64,000 bases of DNA, taken from Cyanophora paradoxa CCMP329 (taxonomy: Eukaryota > Plantae > Glaucophyta). The notes under the pieces are model-generated. The model saw only the letters and a program-made list of their open reading frames with translations, was not told the origin of the DNA and ran no database searches. Location: the NCBI GenBank assembly GCA_004431415.1, contig QPMI01000039.1, positions 186,001 through 250,000 on the forward strand. The letters run 5' to 3'. The first letter of the stretch is position 1; the number at the start of each line of letters is the position of its first letter. The position numbers and the translations under genes are program-made. Shown in pieces: positions 58,269 to 64,000 of the stretch.

Positions 58269-61200
58269 ATGCCGCCGCGGCGCAGCAGCAAAGGCAAAGG
58301 ATCCGGAGAAAGCGGCAACGACGGAGGCGCCGGCGACAAGAAGGAGAAGGCTCCAAAGAAGGCAGCAATAATCGAGCTCTGCAAGCGGCTGCCAGATGGG
58401 GTTCGAGGCCTGGTGTCGTGCGCGCTCCGGAATGCGAACGCTGACGCTGTGCGTGCGCGCGCGCGTCGCATATACAGGGCCTGAAGCGCAGCATGAGATC
58501 GTGGAGGAGGTGCGCATGCGCGCGGCCGGGGCCATCGCGCCCGACCAAGCCCTCTTTCTGCTCGACCGTCGCGCTGAAATAGTTAACGTCAAGCGCCTCT
58601 TTGTGTGCAGCTGCGTCAAAACGGAGTCGACATCAAAGACAAAAATTATGTGAAAGATGTCCTCGTGCGCTGATCATGACCTAGGCCTCCCCGAGCACCG
58701 CGACGCTCTTCTCTTCAGCACACGCCTGTGCATGTGACGCACTTGTCTCGCGCCGCATTTATACGTGCTTGCAACAGAACAATCTGGCGTCAGGGCCACA
58801 CGCGATCATCAAGAAAATTGAGATCCCTAGGAGCAAGAATTCGACGCAGTTCGCGTTCGTTTACAAACGCATCGACGATGAGTGCGCTCTCGGTCTAGTT
58901 TCGCTATCGCAAAACACTGATTCGCTTCGAATTCGTCCCAAATTAAACAGTTCGTCGACGACGTCGACGCCCCTCCGGGAGAGCGCACAGCAGAGCGCAC
59001 TCCCAGCGCATCCTGCGTCCGGGGAGCTCACTCACCACGCTCCGGATCAAGCCCCAGCGGAGCGAAAACGGGTGAGGGCCGCGTCTCCAAAACTTCTATC
59101 CCCTATATATTTCGACTGATTTATCTCAGCGCAAGACCGCTCCGGCGGAAGGCAAGCTTAAGGGCCGAGCTGCGAAGAAAGCGGCCGGGCCGAGTGGAAC
59201 CTCTCGCCCCGCAACGAAGGCCGCACCATCCACGAGCGCACGAGCTCGAGCTAAGGCGAGTGGCCGTATGCATGGGCCCCGTGGCCCTCCGCCCGCAAGA
59301 TCGCGAGCTCGAGATATATAAATATTCAAATAAATCGATCATCATGATTATTATCGATGCGAGGCGCAGGTCGCTTCAAGCTCCGCGCGCCCGTCGGCCG
59401 CAATTTCGCGTTCGAAGAAGAATCGCGTGGAGAGCTCCCGCACCGCCAAGAATTCGAAGGCCAGATCTAAAACGAGTGCAGCCTCGAAAATGGCAAGTGC
59501 ACGCGGGCTCGAGCTGACCTTGCGCCGCCCTAGACTCTTATCGAATTTTAAATGCATTCGTGACGCCCGTTCATGTTAAATTTATTCAACCGGTATCGGT
59601 GCATGTGTTGTGAGGCGCCGGCGCAGGTCGCTTCGACTGCAAGTTCCGCGCGCCCTTCGGCCGCGAATTCGGGCTCGAAGAAGCGCGCAATCGATCTGGA
59701 TGATGATGAGGACTCGGATGGCTCGATCGATATCAACGTCCCTCTCTCTACATTGAAGCGGCCGCGGCGCTCGGGGCCGGCGAAGGGCGAGGAGGCCGTG
59801 CTCGAGGGAGAGGCGCCGGCGGGGACCAGCGCCGATGCCGATGCCGACTCGGCAGCGGACCTTGAGGCCATGCAGGCCAGCTGCAGCTCAGCTCCTCCAG
59901 CGCTAGCACAGCCGCATGCGCCGGCGCCTGCAGACCTGCATGAGCTGCCCCCAGCACCGAAATCGCCTCCTCCGTTGGGTCTACCGTTCGAATTCGCCCC
60001 GGCTCGCCCGCAGTCCCCTCCCACCCCGGGGATGCGGTCTGCATGCGCAGCAGCCCCCGTTCCCGAAATCTCTCCCACGCCCAAGATGCCTTCGCCTGCC
60101 CCGGAGGTCCTGGCCGCGGGTCCGCCGCTCCGTTCTCGGGCTTCCGTGCCGTCGCGCCTGCTTCCCAAGCGGGCGCGGCCTCTGTCTTCGGCGCCGGTGT
60201 CCGCGTCGACGGCCTCCTACGGATCCCGAGCAGCGGGCCATGCCCGAGAGCAGGTGCACACTCCGTGTTTTAGAATTGGGTTCCCCATCAGCTCGAGCTC
60301 TGCTTCGAAACTGAAGTATTGATTTGTTTCGCAGCCCTCATTCTCGATGGCTAGGGATGCACCAGCTGCGCATTCTGCTGCAGCCTCATCGAATTCCGCC
60401 GTGTCAACATGCGAGCAGGTTCAAACGCTACGTATACGTTCAATCTAGGTCGCCTGATCACGATTCACTCTGAAATATTAAATATTCCGTTTAGCGGGAT
60501 CCGGAGGCGCCATCGACAACATCGTCGACGTTGACAGCTGCGCCGGCAGCAGCATCGATATCGTCTCTTGCCGACGTCGTGTCAGCATCTGGGCAGGTGC
60601 ATCTCGTCCGTAACTCTGCTAGCGCTAGCGCTTTGACGTTAATTTTGATCTGTTATCCCACGCTAAGTTTGCATAAAAAAAGATTACACGCGCGCTATGA
60701 CAGTTATAATATTTTTGCAGGACCAGCAGCCCATGCAGGAACTCGAGCCAAAGCCGCCAGTACGCAAGACCTGGCAGGACCGCCTCAGCGGCAACAGTGC
60801 ACGTGTACTCCCAGCGAACCTTCCGAATAATTCGGAAACAGTCGCGAGAGTGCACGGGGCGCGCGCCTCTGCAGAGCGCGAGACAGCAGCCGCGGGCCCC
60901 ACGAGCACCACACGCCAGGAGACCCGCTCTTATCACGACGCGTTTCCGCCACAGCCGAGCTCGGGATCAACTGCAGGGCCAACAGCACCACATGATCAGC
61001 CACGCTTCGCCGCCGCGGGCGCCCGCTCAGGCTCAGGCAGCCGGCAGGACTACTGGTCTCATGATCAGTCCAGCTGGCAGCATTCCCACCAGGCGTGTCG
61101 GGCTCCTTTCAGCAGCAGCAGCAGCAGCAGCAGCAGCTTCCGGCGGCCGCCGGGGCCTGTTGCTGCTGCACCCTTGCCACATGCGCAGCAGCAGCAAGCA

Positions 61201-63323
61201 GGCCTAGGCTCTTGGCCACGGCTGTCTACGCAGGTACGCTTTCTGAGTCGATTTCTTTATTGTTTTATACGCTTTGATGGGCGCATTATATATACAATAA
61301 ATGCAAATGTTCTTTAAAATATTTTCCTCTTTTGCTCATGATCAGATGTCGGCCACTTCTGGTGTTCCGAACCCCAACGTCAACTCCATGCATGCGCCTG
61401 CTCCCAATCAGGGCGCCTGGCCACATGTACAGCAGCAGCATGATCAAGCAGCGCCCCTGCCGAGGCAGGCGGCGCCGCCGTGGCACCATCAGCCCCAGCA
61501 GCCGGCGAGTTCTTGGCAGCACCAGAAACATCAAGAGGCTGCGGGCTCCTGGCAGCAGCAACAGGCGGCGGGCTCCTGGCAGCAGCAACAGGCGGCGGGG
61601 ACGGGAAATTGGCAGCAGCAGCAACAACAACAACAACAACCAGGGGGCGCCTGGCCGCTGCAGCAGCAGGCGGCGGCCGCGGGCTCCTGGCAGCAACAGC
61701 AGCGGGACCCGCGGGCGGCGGTGATGCGGGACCCGAGGGTGAGGGGCCTCGAAATCGAGACCGGCTCTCTCCAGCCGCAGGACCCGCTGCAGGCCCTGCT
61801 AGCCCAGTGCGCGCCCATCCGACATTCGAACAATAATTCCTCTTGCACGCGCCATTGAACAGTTTTGCGCGCCAGGCTGGCAACAAGCGGTGCTTCCGTC
61901 CAGCAGCCGCCGGCCTCTCTCAATGCCGCGCCCTCCCCCACGACTTTCGCCAACCCGTCGAAGAAGCACGACAACTGGACGGGCGGGCTCCGGGTCCGTT
62001 TCGCGCCCCCTGCCCCACCCGGGCTGCGGCCTCTGACGCGGCTGCCCGGCCGGCAGTTCTCGGAGAAGGTGAAGCACGCGCCCGGGGCGGACAAGAAGGC
62101 GGCGCCGCACAGCAAGCCCATCGTCGTCACCCTCAGGTGCCTCTGAATTCGAACGTCGCTCTTCAAGATCATCGGCGTTTCTGACAAACACGCACGACAG
62201 GAACGCGTGGCCGTTCACGTACTATGCCAACGACGCCCCGTGCGCTGCCCTACAAACGACGACTGCAGCTGCTTACTCGCCCTGACGGCCGGCGCCAACG
62301 CGGCAGGCCGCGGGACGTTTTCGACGTGGCGAAGGCGATGGACGGCGACGTGGCCCTCCGCATGCTCGAGGAGCTCGCCAAGAAGAAAAAGGTCTGGAAT
62401 ATTTCTGTACATGTGCTCTTCTTGCGAGTTTATATTGATCGCGAATCGATATCATCGCTCGATCTTGAGCGCTACAGATTGTGGCGGCCTTTGGCGTGCG
62501 GGAGGCGTTCCCCGCCGACGAGACTGCGAAGACAGCCGACTCTTTCTACAACTTTGTGGTGCGCCACGAGTTCTATTCTCCAAAGAAAACAAGAATCGGC
62601 GCTCACCGGTCCTCAACGCTGATCATTTGTCGCTGGCAGTGCTCGTCGCAGGGCAAGAATGGCGGCGCGGCGCAGGCGCAGGCGCAGGCCGGCCGCCTCG
62701 TCCTCTACGCCCGCGTCCGGCCCGCCCGCCCGGCCCGCCGGCCCCGCAGTCCGATCCGCGGCCTGAGGGGGCGGGTCGGGCAGGGGCGGAGCGCGGGGAC
62801 AGAGCAGACGGCCGAGCCCGACCTGCGCTCCTTCTTAATCCCTTCCAGTGCATTTCTCGACTTCGTGAGCGATCGCGAGTTTTGCAGCGCAAGCGCCTCG
62901 CGATCGTCCGGAAACTCTGCCGGGGGCGCAGGGCACGGACCTGATCCGGCGGCTGGAGGTCCCCCCGCCCCTCAGCATTTTCGACACCTCGTTCTACCTC
63001 GTGTTGGCGAGCAGCAAGGACTTCCGCCGTGTGTGCAAAAAGGTGTGTAAATGCGCATGCGTACCACGCCTCCTACGAATACTCCACCATGGCCGGGGCT
63101 GACGTAAATTCGAAGCTGATCATTAATATTGTATACGTATTAAAAAATGAGAGAGAGCCCACCGCGGTGGCCCACCCCTCTCCACCACCCCCATCCCCTC
63201 ACCCCCTCGCTTACTGCACCAGCCCTAGCGTCCACCCCACTCTCCCTTCAACCCCGCTCTCTCGTTACGTCTACCCCGCTCTCTTGTTACGTCTGCCGGC
63301 CTTTTCCCTAGGTCAAAGCCTAG
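58269..63323 (+). CDS. Paralog D: wHTH-like, SIM, Q-W-rich, SPOC-like; apparently ends just after the SPOC-like domain
   Basis: MPPRRSSKG...KKAAIIELCKRLPD; HEIVEEV; LRQNGVDIKDKNYVKDVL; FVYKR; KKRAIDLDDDED; HDNWTGGLR...DVFDVAKAMDGDVALRMLEEL...DLRSFLIP...FYLVLASSKDFRRVCKK; putative last exon VKA* at 63312-63323. Confidence 0.6.
61448..62382 (+). repeat. High-identity inverted copy of 40655-41920 (paralog A) lacking 41239-41571
   Basis: Exons and introns are both alignable as reverse complements, e.g. gaagcacgacaactggacgggcgggctccgggtccgtttcgcgcc. Confidence 0.9.
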
Positions 63324-63430
63324 CAATAGCTCATGTCTATTCAAGACAGTGCTATCAAGTAGAAGAGACGAAGAGGAGCGCGGCCCCCCTTGAGCGCGGT
63401 CTGCAGAGCAACGGGACAGAATAGGCTAGA

Positions 63431-63544
63431 CGATATTAATGTGTACAGAGAAGCTAACTGAGGAAACACGTTCAGCGCTAGCTAGGCGATAATGATGTGT
63501 ACAGCGAAGCTAACTGAGGAAACGGGTTCAGCACTAGCTGGGCG
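63431..63544. repeat. Two-copy ~57-bp direct repeat
   Basis: atgtgtacag.gaagctaactgaggaaac..gttcagc.ctagct occurs twice. Confidence 0.85.
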
Positions 63545-64000
63545 TGTTTACAGTCTGGAGCGAACGTGAGACACAGCGCGGGCGAGCTCTATCTAGGCGC
63601 TTGGCGCAGCGTCGCTGCTTGTCTGCGACCAGGGGCAACCTCCCAAGCGGTAGGGGCCCCCAGAGCGGTCTGGTGCGGCCTCGTGGAGAATAAGCTAGGT
63701 TTACACAGCCTCCTCGTCGCCAGTCTCCTTCTCGCCCTGCAGCTGCTGGCTCTCAGCTGCAGCCGCAGCAGCCGGCTTGGCGGCATCATAGTGTTCATGC
63801 TGCGAGTGCTATATATCAATTGCAAAGATCATCGATCGAATCAAAGCAAGTTGTACGCACAAGCCTTGCTATGGTTTTGTATGCGTTGCTATAGTCAGCC
63901 CACACCTGCTTATTTGAAGCAAATTCCGCCGTGGAGTCACGCGACAACTGCGAAATCAGCAGTGAGCTCGAGATGGTGCACGGTCTAAATCTAGAGCGAC

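Noticed and set aside
63431-63544. ctgaggaaac repeat as a hammerhead ribozyme or C/D snoRNA
   Set aside because: No stem II between CUGANGA and GAAA. The C/D-like boxes are imperfect and too close together.

Overview
GC-rich, intron-dense eukaryotic nuclear DNA (alga/protist-like; organism not identifiable from sequence alone). Introns are short and often use GC rather than GT donors. Most ORFs in the six-frame track are GC-bias shadows, so genes were reconstructed by eye across introns and boundaries are approximate. In order: 3' end of DCC1; an FBXO11-like right-handed beta-helix protein; a ZGPAT-like Tudor/G-patch gene head-to-head with a coiled-coil gene; a head-to-head pair (coiled-coil protein and 60-bp-repeat T/E/D/P protein) sharing an unnamed C-terminal domain; a large signal-anchored multi-beta-sandwich gene with a ~5.9-kb near-identical internal tandem duplication; a GT-A-like glycosyltransferase; an unknown Q-rich protein; a duplicated AT-rich 39-bp-arm hairpin; and a 27-kb cluster of four paralogous genes (A-D). 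The cluster is the best candidate for an undescribed system. All four have an N-terminal winged-helix-like module and a divergent SPOC-like domain; A, C and D share a SIM-like motif; A and B add RS/RE-rich tracts, an OST-HTH/LOTUS-like domain and a conserved terminal [IV]x[DE]LDF motif. All domain assignments are motif-level inferences, not database hits.
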